In this document: positions 36,605 through 46,300 of the stretch, piece by piece
How the letters are laid out: every line of letters begins with the position of its first letter
Numbering within the stretch: position 1 is the first letter of the stretch
Assembly (NCBI GenBank): GCA_017962605.1
Contig: JAGCUY010000007.1
Location: 752-64,751, forward strand
Direction: 5' to 3'
Length of the DNA: 64,000 nucleotides
DNA from: Kiritimatiellia bacterium
GTDB lineage: Bacteria; Verrucomicrobiota; Kiritimatiellia; RFP12; JAAYLN01
The notes under the pieces: generated by a model
Database searches by the model: none
What the model was told of the DNA's origin: nothing
The model's input: the letters and a program-made list of their open reading frames with translations, nothing else
Made by a program: the position numbers and the translations under genes

Positions 36605-37381
36605 ATGAAGTTCATCTGTCCGCATTGCAATCAGCATTTGGAGAGTGAAGAGGATGTTGCAGGAATTGGCGTTGAATGCCCCAACTGCGGCAAAACGTTT
36701 GTCGCGGCATCCTCTGGCGCGGAAACCATGCTGGGGGAAGCTCCACAAGAGCGAACGTCTGAAGGCGAACTCGACGCTGCCAATGACTTTCTTGAACGCG
36801 CGATTGGAAACATTCTGCATGCAATCTGGGGCATAATTAGCAGAATCGGCCATGTGATTAAATGGCTTGCAATGCGCCTGTATGATGTTGTCAACTGGTT
36901 ATTCAGAATGCTAATCGACATTGTGAAGTTCTTCTTCACAATCCGTTTCCTGAAGCTTCTGGTTTTGCTGGTAGTTCTTGCGGTCGTATGCGCCGTCTTT
37001 GCGGGTATAATCGCTGCGCCGTTCTTCCTTTTGATTTGGTTCGCTCAGGGGACGCCTTGGGGCACGATGAAGAGTCTGATGGGCATGCCTTTCGTCGACG
37101 CGACCAGAGTTGTTGGGCGGACGGTGTATGCATGGCTCTGCGGAGAAGGGGTCAAACATGGTCTTTACAATGCGGCATGGATTGTTGAGGGAGTTTGGTT
37201 GGTATTGTTTGCAGGTTGGGGTGCCTGGAAGGGCGTTAAGAGCTACAAGCGCGGTGTGATTGCGCGCTGGCGTGAACGTCGAAGGATTCGTAAGGCTGAA
37301 CGCCGTGCGGAAAAGGAAGCCAGACGGGCAGCAAAAGAAGCAGCAAGGCAGGGCGAGGCCCAGCCACTCGCTATTCGCTAG
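36605..37381 (+). CDS. Zinc-ribbon membrane protein (hypothetical)
   Basis: N-terminal 'CPHCNQ...CPNCGK' ribbon, several TM helices, and a C-terminal Arg/Lys/Glu-rich tail. RBS 'gaggag' is present. Confidence 0.4.
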   Translation: MKFICPHCNQHLESEEDVAGIGVECPNCGKTFVAASSGAETMLGEAPQERTSEGELDAANDFLERAIGNILHAIWGIISRIGHVIKWLAMRLYDVVNWLFRMLIDIVKFFFTIRFLKLLVLLVVLAVVCAVFAGIIAAPFFLLIWFAQGTPWGTMKSLMGMPFVDATRVVGRTVYAWLCGEGVKHGLYNAAWIVEGVWLVLFAGWGAWKGVKSYKRGVIARWRERRRIRKAERRAEKEARRAAKEAARQGEAQPLAIR

Positions 37382-37419
37382 CCAAATCGGCGACACAATC
37401 CAAGAAAGGACGGTAAAAC

Positions 37420-38499
37420 ATGGGCACGATACTTGGAGACATGTTCAAGAAGGTCGGGGGTGGCCTTGGAAAAGGCTTTGCGTCATGGCTTGGGCAAATC
37501 TCGACGTGGATTGCGCTTTTAGTCGCAACAGTACTGGCTGTCGCATCTCTGGTTGGCGGCATCTTCTGGATCCCGACAAAAACGCTGGGCGTCCTGATCG
37601 CTGGCATCGGGTGTTTAGCTTCCGGCATTCTCTTTGCCCTCTGTCTGCGAAAGAGCGGAGTATTTGGCTCAAAGGATGCGGAAACCCGTGCTGCATTGCA
37701 GAAGGAAATCGAAAAACTCCGCTGCGAAAAGGATGCCCGCATCGCCGCGTTGGAGGCCGACAACGAACGTCTAAAGCACCAGCGCATCGACGTCAATTCG
37801 TTCGCGCCCATCCTCAAGCTGGGACTTGCCGAGGCTGACATGTCAGTTCGTGATGTGAAAATCGAATGGATGGACGATTTCAAGCCAGGAAACATGTTGA
37901 CGAATGTGATTGGCTACCCCGCGCGCAGCAAATACGTTGGTGTCATTCAACGGTCGTTCAAGGCCGTTTATGGCGTCGATTTGATGAAACTCAAGATTTG
38001 CGAGGATAACGACTGTCTTCGCATAGCCGGTATCGTGCCGGAGAACATCGGCATCAAGGATGACGAAACGCGCTGGCTTCTGCGTCAGACGCAGACTTTC
38101 CGGTTGAAGGGAACTCCTCTGACGCGCGGCGATGGCATCCCGCAGCAATGCGCCATAGGCGACGGCTGGGGCGATGGCGAGAAATTCTGGCAAATCGACA
38201 AGGAAGCGCCGTTCGAGGGCAGTCTCGATCTCAACAAGACTGCGGAAATGGCGAGTGCGCAGGAGCACGAGCTTGGCGAACGCATCAACCGAAGCCAGGG
38301 CGCCGAGTTTAGGATGATGAATGGCTACATCCAGCAAATGGCGCAAGGGTTTGTCAGACTCCTCCTCGCTCCCGCCCACAAGCCTGTGGTCTTCGTACAG
38401 ACTCCGCTTGCCGAAATCGCCGACTCTCCAGCATGGCTCTCTCTGGAAGACTTCGCTGCCGGATTCAACAATAAGTTGCTGGCGGAAAACAAACCATGA
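37420..38499 (+). CDS. Membrane protein with coiled-coil segment and DUF4230-like C-terminal domain (hypothetical)
   Basis: Two N-terminal TM helices, a coiled coil 'ALQKEIEKLRCEKDARIAALEADNERLK', and a region resembling DUF4230 ('VIQRSFKAVYGVDLMKLKI...'). Confidence 0.35.
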   Translation: MGTILGDMFKKVGGGLGKGFASWLGQISTWIALLVATVLAVASLVGGIFWIPTKTLGVLIAGIGCLASGILFALCLRKSGVFGSKDAETRAALQKEIEKLRCEKDARIAALEADNERLKHQRIDVNSFAPILKLGLAEADMSVRDVKIEWMDDFKPGNMLTNVIGYPARSKYVGVIQRSFKAVYGVDLMKLKICEDNDCLRIAGIVPENIGIKDDETRWLLRQTQTFRLKGTPLTRGDGIPQQCAIGDGWGDGEKFWQIDKEAPFEGSLDLNKTAEMASAQEHELGERINRSQGAEFRMMNGYIQQMAQGFVRLLLAPAHKPVVFVQTPLAEIADSPAWLSLEDFAAGFNNKLLAENKP

Positions 38500-39134
38500 C
38501 CAAAACAAGAACGAAGAAGTCCGCCAAGGGTGGGGCCATGAAGCCTTCCCTGCGAGACCGCATCTACACCTCCTTCGAGCAGATGACGGATGCGTACAAC
38601 GAAGTGCGTGATGACCTGATCGCGCTGGGCATTCTTTGGAGGGGCTCGAAGCTCGACAAGGTGGAGTGCTACTATGAATCCATCGCCCCCATTGCCGCTC
38701 TCAAGGGGGGGATGGGGTATTTCAGTTTCAAGGACCACGACATCCATTTTCCCTCCTTATATCTGCCTTTCGGCTGGCTGACCGGCAGCGTTGGCGAAAA
38801 AGATTCTGCATCAAACGTGATCCGCCACGAGTTCGGCCACGCGCTCGCCGATCAGTACCCAGCGGCGCTGAAAAAGGGCGGGCTTTTCCGCGAGGCGTTT
38901 GGAGGAGTCTATTCCGACAAGCCTGCGCCCGACATCGATCCCGACAACTGGGAGTTCGATTGCGTCTCCCCCTACGCCGCAACCGAAACCCGCGAGGACT
39001 TCGCGGAGACTTTCATGCTTTTCCTGAAGCACAAGGGGAAGTTGCCGAAAAAGTTCGCTAATAAACCAGCCATCGCGAAGAAATGGGCCGCTGTGGCTGA
39101 AATCATAAAGCGCGTTCGTGCATTAGAAAACTGA
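38496..39134 (+). CDS. HExxH zinc metallopeptidase-like protein
   Basis: 'IRHEFGHALAD' (HExxH) with a downstream Glu in 'REDFAETF'. Its start overlaps the previous stop (ATGA). Confidence 0.5.
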   Translation: MTKTRTKKSAKGGAMKPSLRDRIYTSFEQMTDAYNEVRDDLIALGILWRGSKLDKVECYYESIAPIAALKGGMGYFSFKDHDIHFPSLYLPFGWLTGSVGEKDSASNVIRHEFGHALADQYPAALKKGGLFREAFGGVYSDKPAPDIDPDNWEFDCVSPYAATETREDFAETFMLFLKHKGKLPKKFANKPAIAKKWAAVAEIIKRVRALEN

Positions 39135-39161
39135 AAGAATACCTAATCAGGAGACCTCATC

Positions 39162-39872
39162 ATGAATAAAACAACAACGAAGAAAAATGCGCCAAAGGCG
39201 CGTAGGGAAACTGAAACCGTAGTCTGCCCACATTGCGATACGGAGTGCCTTGTGTCGGAAAACGGACGCTATGAGTGTCCAAATTGCACAGGACAGTTCG
39301 ATGTAGACTGGTTTGACACGCCGCATGTCCACCAGCCCGACTTGCAGACATGCGGCTGGGCGACGACAAAGTGGCTTCTGTCCGCATTTGGGTGTGAGAT
39401 GCCATCAAACAAGCAACTCGAACGGGAACTGCATGTCCGCAAAGGTCGCGATGGTCTTTCGGGCGCACTTCTCAAGGCTTACAACTACTTTATCGAAGCT
39501 TTCGGCAAGAAGTGGAACTGGCAAAAGATCGACTCTCAGGACATTTCTGGAACTTTGCCCACCGACCTTGTCGCGACACTCAATCGACATGGACTCAAGC
39601 CTGTATTTCCTGGAATCCGCGAACTGCTCCGCTATTCCGACTATAAGAACTACATGAAAGAAGTGTTCGCCCAGCAAGGCCGTTTTGCGCTCTTCTATGT
39701 TAACACGACCCGCGATGGGTCTTATGCACATTGGATCGGGATTGAGAAGTTCAAGAACAGGGTCCGCGTGATGGATCCCATGGACTATGACTACTCGCCG
39801 TTTTCAAAGCACGAAGCCATCCGCAGCAAGCGAATTCGCGCATGCTGCATGATTGGGTTCGTGAGGGCGTAG
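39162..39872 (+). CDS. Zinc-ribbon + Peptidase_C39-like (papain-fold) domain protein
   Basis: 'CPHCDTEC...CPNC' ribbon. C39-type 'QPDLQTCGWATTKWLLSAFG' (Gln/Cys) and 'SYAHWIGIEKF...VMDPMD' (His/Asp). RBS 'aggaga' is present. Confidence 0.5.
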   Translation: MNKTTTKKNAPKARRETETVVCPHCDTECLVSENGRYECPNCTGQFDVDWFDTPHVHQPDLQTCGWATTKWLLSAFGCEMPSNKQLERELHVRKGRDGLSGALLKAYNYFIEAFGKKWNWQKIDSQDISGTLPTDLVATLNRHGLKPVFPGIRELLRYSDYKNYMKEVFAQQGRFALFYVNTTRDGSYAHWIGIEKFKNRVRVMDPMDYDYSPFSKHEAIRSKRIRACCMIGFVRA

Positions 39873-39902
39873 GGCGCTGTCGCGCCTGAGAGGTTTGTCG
39901 CC

Positions 39903-40265
39903 CGTGGTTAGTGATTAGTCGTTAGTCATTAGTGGCTCGCATGGTGTGCATCCCCTATCGAATATTTTCCCGCACCGTAATCTATCGACTTCTCCGCACC
40001 GTGGTCTAGCGACAATTCCTAACCTTAGTCTAGCGACCTTTCCGACCCGTAGTCTATCGATGTTTCCTCGCCATAGTCTATCGACATTCCCGCATGGTAT
40101 AGCCTATCGACTTTTCCGAAACATGATCCAAAGTTTTTCCGAACCATGGTCAGTTTTTCTTTCCGCACCATGGTCTATTTTTCTTTCCGCACCATGGTCT
40201 ATTTTTCTTTCCGCACCATGGTCTATTTTTCTTTCCGCACCATGGTCTTGTGAAACGAATGCATG
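39903..40265 (+). repeat. Right island-flanking repeat (IR-R): 'gtggttagtgattagtcgttag' head plus ~12 degenerate 24 to 27-bp tandem units ending in 4 perfect 'tttttctttccgcaccatggtcta' copies
   Basis: Direct reading. It matches 42030..42310 in the same orientation and 24781..24900 in inverted orientation. Confidence 0.8.
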
Positions 40266-40369
40266 GCGGCGCCGCATCAGCAGCTTGCGCATAGCGGGAG
40301 TGGTTGTGATACTACTCAATCAGATGACAAAGTGTGTAGATAGCAGAATGCGCCTGAGCAGAATACAGG

Positions 40370-40452
40370 TGGTTGTGAAAATGGAAAATTTGGCATATTT
40401 TGTGGTTGTGAAAATGTGAAAATCTGTATGTTTTATGGTTGTGAAAATGGAG
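40370..40452 (+). promoter_or_regulatory. Three ~31-bp direct repeats 'ggttgtgaaaatg' (iteron/operator-like) plus -10-like 'gatataat' upstream of the AAA ATPase
   Basis: 'ggttgtgaaaatggaaaatttggcatattttgtggttgtgaaaatgtgaaaatctgtatgttttatggttgtgaaaatggagcgaatatgatataat'. Confidence 0.4.
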
Positions 40453-40491
40453 CGAATATGATATAATATCTTGAATTTTGGGAGAATCTGC

Positions 40492-41862
40492 ATGATAAAC
40501 AGAAAAATAATGAAGAGGCTTGAACTCCTGCGTACTTCCAATGGAAAGCACGCGCTTCTCATCGATGGCGCGCGACAGACTGGGAAGACTTACATTGTAA
40601 GGGAATTCGCAAAAAGACATTACGAGTCCTTCATTGAAATCAACTTTATCAGAATGAAGAGGGCTCGGGAAATTTTCGAAAACGTCGAAGACGAGAAGGA
40701 CATCCTTGTAAAACTGTCAGCCCTGTTTAAGAAACCGCTGAAGAAAGGCGCAACGCTTGTGTTCCTTGACGAAGTTCAGGAATGCCCGGAGGCTGTCACT
40801 TACATCAAGTTTTTGGTGGAAGAGGGGTCGTGCCATTATGTGTTGAGCGGGTCCCTGCTGGGTGTCGAACTCAAAAACATTCGTTCGGTGCCTGTCGGGT
40901 ATATGGATGAGGTGAAGATGTATCCGCTGGACTTTGAGGAGTTCGTCGAGGCGAACGGTGAGTCCCCTGAATTGGTAGAGGCCGCAAGACAGTCGTGGAA
41001 CAAGCGCCGCCCGCTTGCCTCCGTCTATCACACGAGGCTGCTGAAACTTTTCCGGCTTTACCTTGTTGTTGGCGGCATGCCCGCCGTTGTCCAGAAATAC
41101 ATCGACACCCACGACATCGCCCAAGTCGTGCGCGAACAAAAAAAGATACTTGCGCTCTACCGCCGGGACATAACGCAATACGACGAGGCGAATTCCCTTC
41201 GAATTCGTGCCGTGTTCGACCGCATTCCGGCGGAGCTAAACGAGAAGAACAAGCGGTTTTTTGCGTCTTCCATAAAACCGGGCGTGAAGTTTGAAAACCT
41301 TGGAGACGAGTTCCTTTGGCTGAAAGAGGCTGGCGTGGCCCTTGCCACGGTTAACGTGGAGGCGCCGAAGTCGCCGCTCAAGCTTGCTGAGAAGCCAAGC
41401 TTGTTCAAGCTGTTTTCAAACGATGTCGGACTTCTGGCGGCCCAGTACATGAATGGAATCCAACTTGAGATCTTGAATGGAGCCGTGGATGTCAACTTTG
41501 GGGCCGTTTACGAGAACGCTGTGGCGCAGGAACTCGCCGCGCATGGGTTTGAGTTGAACTATTACGATTCAAACAGGCACGGGGAGATTGATTTTGTTTT
41601 GGAGCGCGAAGGGGGCGTTCTTCCCGTGGAAGTCAAGAGCGGAAAGCACTACAAGCGGCATCGTGCGTTGAACCATGTAATGGCGGACCGTGAATACGCG
41701 ATAAAGGAGGCGCTTGTCCTTGACGATTCGATGCTTTCCGTTGAAAATGGGATATTCTATGCGCCAATCTACATGGTCATGTTCCTGAAAAGGGACACCA
41801 TGCCTGAGAAGATGATCTACTCTGTAGGCACACCGCTGGAAGTGGCAAAAGCCTTGTCATGA
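40492..41862 (+). CDS. AAA+ ATPase (AAA_14 + DUF4143 family ATP-binding protein)
   Basis: Walker A 'GARQTGKTY' and Walker B 'LVFLDEVQ'. RBS 'gggaga' plus ATG at 40492 (the track start at 40471 is TTG). Lower G+C. Flanked by direct repeats. Confidence 0.6.
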   Translation: MINRKIMKRLELLRTSNGKHALLIDGARQTGKTYIVREFAKRHYESFIEINFIRMKRAREIFENVEDEKDILVKLSALFKKPLKKGATLVFLDEVQECPEAVTYIKFLVEEGSCHYVLSGSLLGVELKNIRSVPVGYMDEVKMYPLDFEEFVEANGESPELVEAARQSWNKRRPLASVYHTRLLKLFRLYLVVGGMPAVVQKYIDTHDIAQVVREQKKILALYRRDITQYDEANSLRIRAVFDRIPAELNEKNKRFFASSIKPGVKFENLGDEFLWLKEAGVALATVNVEAPKSPLKLAEKPSLFKLFSNDVGLLAAQYMNGIQLEILNGAVDVNFGAVYENAVAQELAAHGFELNYYDSNRHGEIDFVLEREGGVLPVEVKSGKHYKRHRALNHVMADREYAIKEALVLDDSMLSVENGIFYAPIYMVMFLKRDTMPEKMIYSVGTPLEVAKALS

Positions 41863-42029
41863 ACTTCCAACATCCTGCAGCCCGAACCGCATCCACCGGC
41901 ACGGCCACGGCGGCAAGTGCATCTGGTGCGGCTCAACCTCCACCGGCAGCGGGTGCCCATACTCCCCTACCCGCCGGCATGAACGGTAGAGGGCAGTGTG
42001 AACTTAGTCGCAATACTGTCTGAAGTTAA

Positions 42030-42310
42030 TCATTAGTCGTTAGCCGTTAGTCACTAGTCGTTAGTGGCTCGCACGGAGTGTATTCCCTATCGAATACTTT
42101 CCCGCACCGTAATCTATCGACTTCTCCGCACCGTGGTCTAGCGACCTTTCTGACCCGTAGTCTATCAATGTTTCCGCACTATAATCTATCGACATTCCCG
42201 CACGGTATAGTCTATCGACTTTTCCGAAACATGATCCAAAGTTTTTCCGAACCATGGTCTAATAATGTTTACGCTCCATGGTCTATTGGCATTTCCGAAC
42301 CATAGTCTTG
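42030..42310 (+). repeat. Second direct copy of the IR-R repeat
   Basis: 'cattagtcgttagccgttagtcactagtcgttagtggctcgcacggagtgtattccctatcgaatactttcccgcaccgtaatctatcgacttctccgcaccgtggtctagcgacc...'. Confidence 0.8.
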
Positions 42311-42314
42311 TGAA

Positions 42315-42410
42315 AGGGTGAGCCCTTCGGGCGAAGTTTGGAGGTTTGGCGCAATAGCGCCTTGGATGGTTGAGCCATTAGGGCGAAGTTTAGGAGTTTG
42401 GCGTGAAATC
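42315..42410 (+). repeat. 'gagcccttcgggcgaagtttggag' small repeat element (2 tandem copies)
   Basis: Further copies at 43116..43185 (same orientation) and 49275..49400 (inverted: 'ccaaacttccaaacttcgcccgaagggctcaaac'). Confidence 0.7.
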
Positions 42411-42423
42411 CTTTTTTTGTTTT

Positions 42424-42510
42424 TTTACCATGCGTTTCGTGGAAGTTTACAATTTTTTAACCATGCATTTCGTGGTAATATGACAATTTATTAACCACGC
42501 ATTTCGTGAT
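42424..42510 (+). repeat. Three ~31-bp direct repeats 'ttaaccatgcatttcgtgg' upstream of the truncated ATPase paralog
   Basis: 'accatgcgtttcgtggaagtttacaattttttaaccatgcatttcgtggtaatatgacaatttattaaccacgcatttcgtg'. Confidence 0.6.
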
Positions 42511-42517
42511 TGCTTGA

Positions 42518-43117
42518 TTGGCAAAAATATCGAAATATGATATTGTATTGGAGAGCAGCGCCCGTTTCCGCGAATACGAAGGTGCCTTCATGTGGCTAAA
42601 GGATGCCATGGTTGCAAATGTCGCCCTAAGCGTAACAGATCCGAACATTGGGTTTGACTTGAGCGCCGACGATGCCAAGATGAAATGCTACTTCCTTGAC
42701 ACGGGGCTTCTTGTCAGCCATGCGTTCAGCGAAAACGCGCTTGTCGCCGCCGACATCCACAAGAGAATTCTGTTTGATGACATCGAATTGAATGAAGGAA
42801 TGCTTGTTGAAAATGTCGTGGCCCAAATGCTATCTGCAGCCGGCCACAAGCTTTACTACTACTCAAATTCATCGCGGACCGATAGAGACTCCCGGATGGA
42901 AATTGACTTTCTCCTTGCCAGAAACACCCTGGGCGAGCGGAACAATGTTATTCCCGTTGAGGTGAAGAGCGGGAAGCGGACAACGCACCGTTCGCTAGAC
43001 AAGTTTCGCGCCAAGTTCGCAAACTACGTCCATACCCCTTGCATTCTTTCGCGGCGAGATTTAGAGATAAAGGACGGGATACTTTACCTCCCGCTCTACA
43101 TGACTCCATGTCTTTGA
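42518..43117 (+). pseudogene. N-terminally truncated paralog of the DUF4143 AAA ATPase (C-terminal ~200 aa only, no ATG)
   Basis: The ORF begins with TTG. It aligns to the C-terminal third of the 40492..41862 product ('FMWLKDAMVA' vs 'FLWLKEAGVA'; 'VIPVEVKSGKRT' vs 'VLPVEVKSGKHY'). Confidence 0.55.
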
Positions 43118-43316
43118 GCGCCGAAGTTTGGCGCTTACGCGCCCTTGATGTTTGAGCCATGCGGGCGAAGTTTGGAAATGGAGGATTGCGTGGCAGCGTG
43201 ATGGCAAAGGCTGGTTGCATTATTGCCGCTGTTTGCCTTTGAAGGGGCTTTTTTGATAAAATGAATATGTTGGAATTGCTTTATTTTTGAGAGTGAAAAA
43301 CAACGAGAACCAGGCA

Positions 43317-46300
43317 ATGAATAATTCATCTTTGCACCGCATCCCGCCAGCGGCCGCGCTGGCGCTGGCAGCGTTAGCCCTTTTTTGTGCCAACGCGGAG
43401 CCGCCGCGCTTCCTGGCCCCCATGCCGGGCAAGGAGGAGGAGAAGACGACTACCGACATCCTCCCCATCCCTCCCGAAGCGACCGAGGAGCAGAAGGAGG
43501 AGTATGAGAAGGTCATCGAAAAGGCCCGCACGGACGACGTGTCGGTGACAGACCAGGCCGCCCTCATGTATCGCGGCCTCGCCTGCCTAGTGGACGAGGA
43601 ATATGAGGAGTCCATCCCGTTCTTCGAGGAGGCCCTGCGTCGCGACCCCTCCCTCCAGGCCGCATGGGAGGGCCTTGGATGGGCCCATATCCGCATTGAT
43701 GACAAGAAGACCGCCAAGGCGATCTGGGATTATTTCCGCCGTTTGATGCCCGAACAGCCCCTTCCTTACGCCCTTCTCGGGCAAATGGCCGTCCTCGAAT
43801 ACGACTGGCCCCTCGCCGACAGGCACTTCAAAAAGTCCCTGGAGCTGAAGCCCGACCAGTTCGACGTGCGCTACTGGTACGCCCAGAACCTCATGCGCCT
43901 CGGCAAGGCCAGCGAGGCCGAGGACATCTTCCGCGCCCTCATAAAGCTTGAGCCGGACCGCCTCGACATCGAAATTGACCTCGCCGGCCTTCTCGTCCAG
44001 CGCCTCGAATACAACGAGGCCGTTGAAATATACCGCCGCGTTAACGACGAGATTCCCGACAACCCCCGCTTCCTGCTTGAAGAGGCCCTTCTGGAACTCA
44101 AGGTGGGCGAAGTGACCCGCGCCGACGAACTCTGCCAGCAAGTGCTGGAGCTTGAGCCGTCGAACCTTGACGCCATGCGCCTCCGCGCAGACATCGCGGA
44201 GATCGTCGGCCTGAACGACATATCCCCTCTCCGCGACCTGATCGACCAGACGGACGACCCACTCCAGAGGGCCGCGCTGCGCATCCGCCTCGCCAACCGC
44301 TGCCTCCTTGAAAACCGCAGCAAGCCGGGGCAGTATGAACAGGACATGATCCTCGGCCTGATCCACGACGCCATCAAGGACAACCCGGCCAGCGTGGAGT
44401 ACCGCATTCTCTACGCCCAGCTGCTTGTGATGGACAACCAGTACGCGAAGGCCCGCGCCGTCGCGAACGCCGTCCTCGAGCGCTTCAACCGCGCCAATTT
44501 CGACGCCAAGCAGGTCCTGCTTGAAGTCGATATGCGCGAATCCAAATACGATGACGCCCTCCAGGTTCTTTCCGACCTTTACAGCGGCCTTTCCGCCGAT
44601 GACCCGATGGCCCACTACTACCGCGCCCGCATCTACACCTTGCAGGGCCGCTACGCCGATGCCAAGCGCGAAATAGACTTCATTGAGGCCGCAGCCAGCC
44701 AGGGCGCGGTCCTCTCGCTCGTTTACACCGCCCTCACGGAGAGCGACTGGACGCCCGCCACATCGGTCCGCCGCCTCCACGAGCACATACTCGCCCTCCA
44801 GCAGGAGGGGTGGATACTCGTTCCGCCGGCGGAAATAGAGAGGCTGCTCCGCCCACCGGAAGGCGAGCGGCGCTCCGGCGGCGTGGCGAAGGAGTCAATA
44901 CCCCTGACGGCAAAGCTCGTCGATTACTTCCGCTGGTGCTTCACCGGTAAGAGGAAATACCCATCGGAGGATTCCTCCTCCGCGATCGCCAAGCCCAAGA
45001 AATACTTCACGGTGTTCTTCGACGGCGACCTTCGCTCCTCCCTCCTTCTCGGCAACGAAGTCGCCGAGGACTTCGGCGTGCCATTCGGCATTTTCGTGCC
45101 TACCGGCCCATCCAAGGAATACGTGCCGTCGCGCGCCGGTTGGGACGAACTCCGCGACTACGCCCAGTCTGGCAACTGGGTGGTTGGCAGCCAGCTTCAC
45201 TACGCCTATGAAAAGAAGCCCGTGGACAAGGACAGCCTAGACTGGCGCCCGCCGCTGCCGAACCGCATCTGGCTCCCCGAGAAGAACCGCATTGAGTCCA
45301 TGGGCGAGTGGGACAAGCGCGTCCGCACCGAGTTCCGCATGAGTCGCAACGTCCTCAGACACGAAATGGGCGCGGACGACTCGGCAGTGCCGATGGTCGC
45401 CTATCCCTTCAACGACGTCGGCCAGGCGGGAGCCTGCAACCTCTACTCCGTCCGCGACCCCATAGGCACCATCGTAGCCGAGGCGGCGCGCTCCTATCGA
45501 CTGGGCTTCGTCCAGAGCCAGAGCGGCTACACGCTCTACGGCGACAACCTCCTCCTCTGCCGCCGCTACGCTCCGAGCTGGACCGACGAGGGCGCGGACG
45601 TCGTCCGCCACGCCTACGAGTACCACCCGCTCTTCATCGCGCGCAAGCTACGTGCCGAAGTGGCGATGCTAATGAACCACCCGAACGAGGCGAACGCCAT
45701 GGCAGACGTCCTGAAGCGCGACGGCTATCCCGACGAACTTTGCCGCCAGCTGGATGCGGCCATCCACTCCCACTTCCAGAACAAGCCCACACGCGAGCGC
45801 CCGCCGCTCGTTGTCGAGGAGGACTACTACGACGACAACACCAACGTCGTCATCGCCTCCTCCGTCAACGAGGGGACCGGCAACCCGCTCATCAGATTTG
45901 ACCACCCGTTCGTTGGCGCGCTTGCAATGCACAGCAAGGCCAATGACCAGATAGAGACCTTCGAATACGGCGCCCGCGCCGGCATAGACCTCTCGCGCAA
46001 CACCACGCTGGCCTTCGAGTTCACCAACGGCCGCATGGAGCAGACGGTCCGGCCGCGCTGGGATGCCGTCATCATCACGAACGTCCCATACTCGAAGAGC
46101 AAGTACAAGTTCAAGATGGAAACCCAGACCATCAAGGGCACGCTCACGCACCGCAATGAGAGCGGCACCATCCTCTCCGCCACCCTTGGCATCGCGAAGA
46201 AGTCCCGGGTCTCCACTTCGGTCTCCCTCACGGACATCAACCTCCAGGACGATCTCAACTCGCACGTGTTCACGCTTGATGACGACGACTCAACCGTTGT

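Noticed and set aside
40140-40265. Four perfect 24/25-bp direct repeats 'tttttctttccgcaccatggtcta', considered as a CRISPR array
   Set aside because: The repeats are contiguous with no spacers, have no dyad symmetry, and have no cas genes nearby. It is a minisatellite belonging to the island-flanking repeat.
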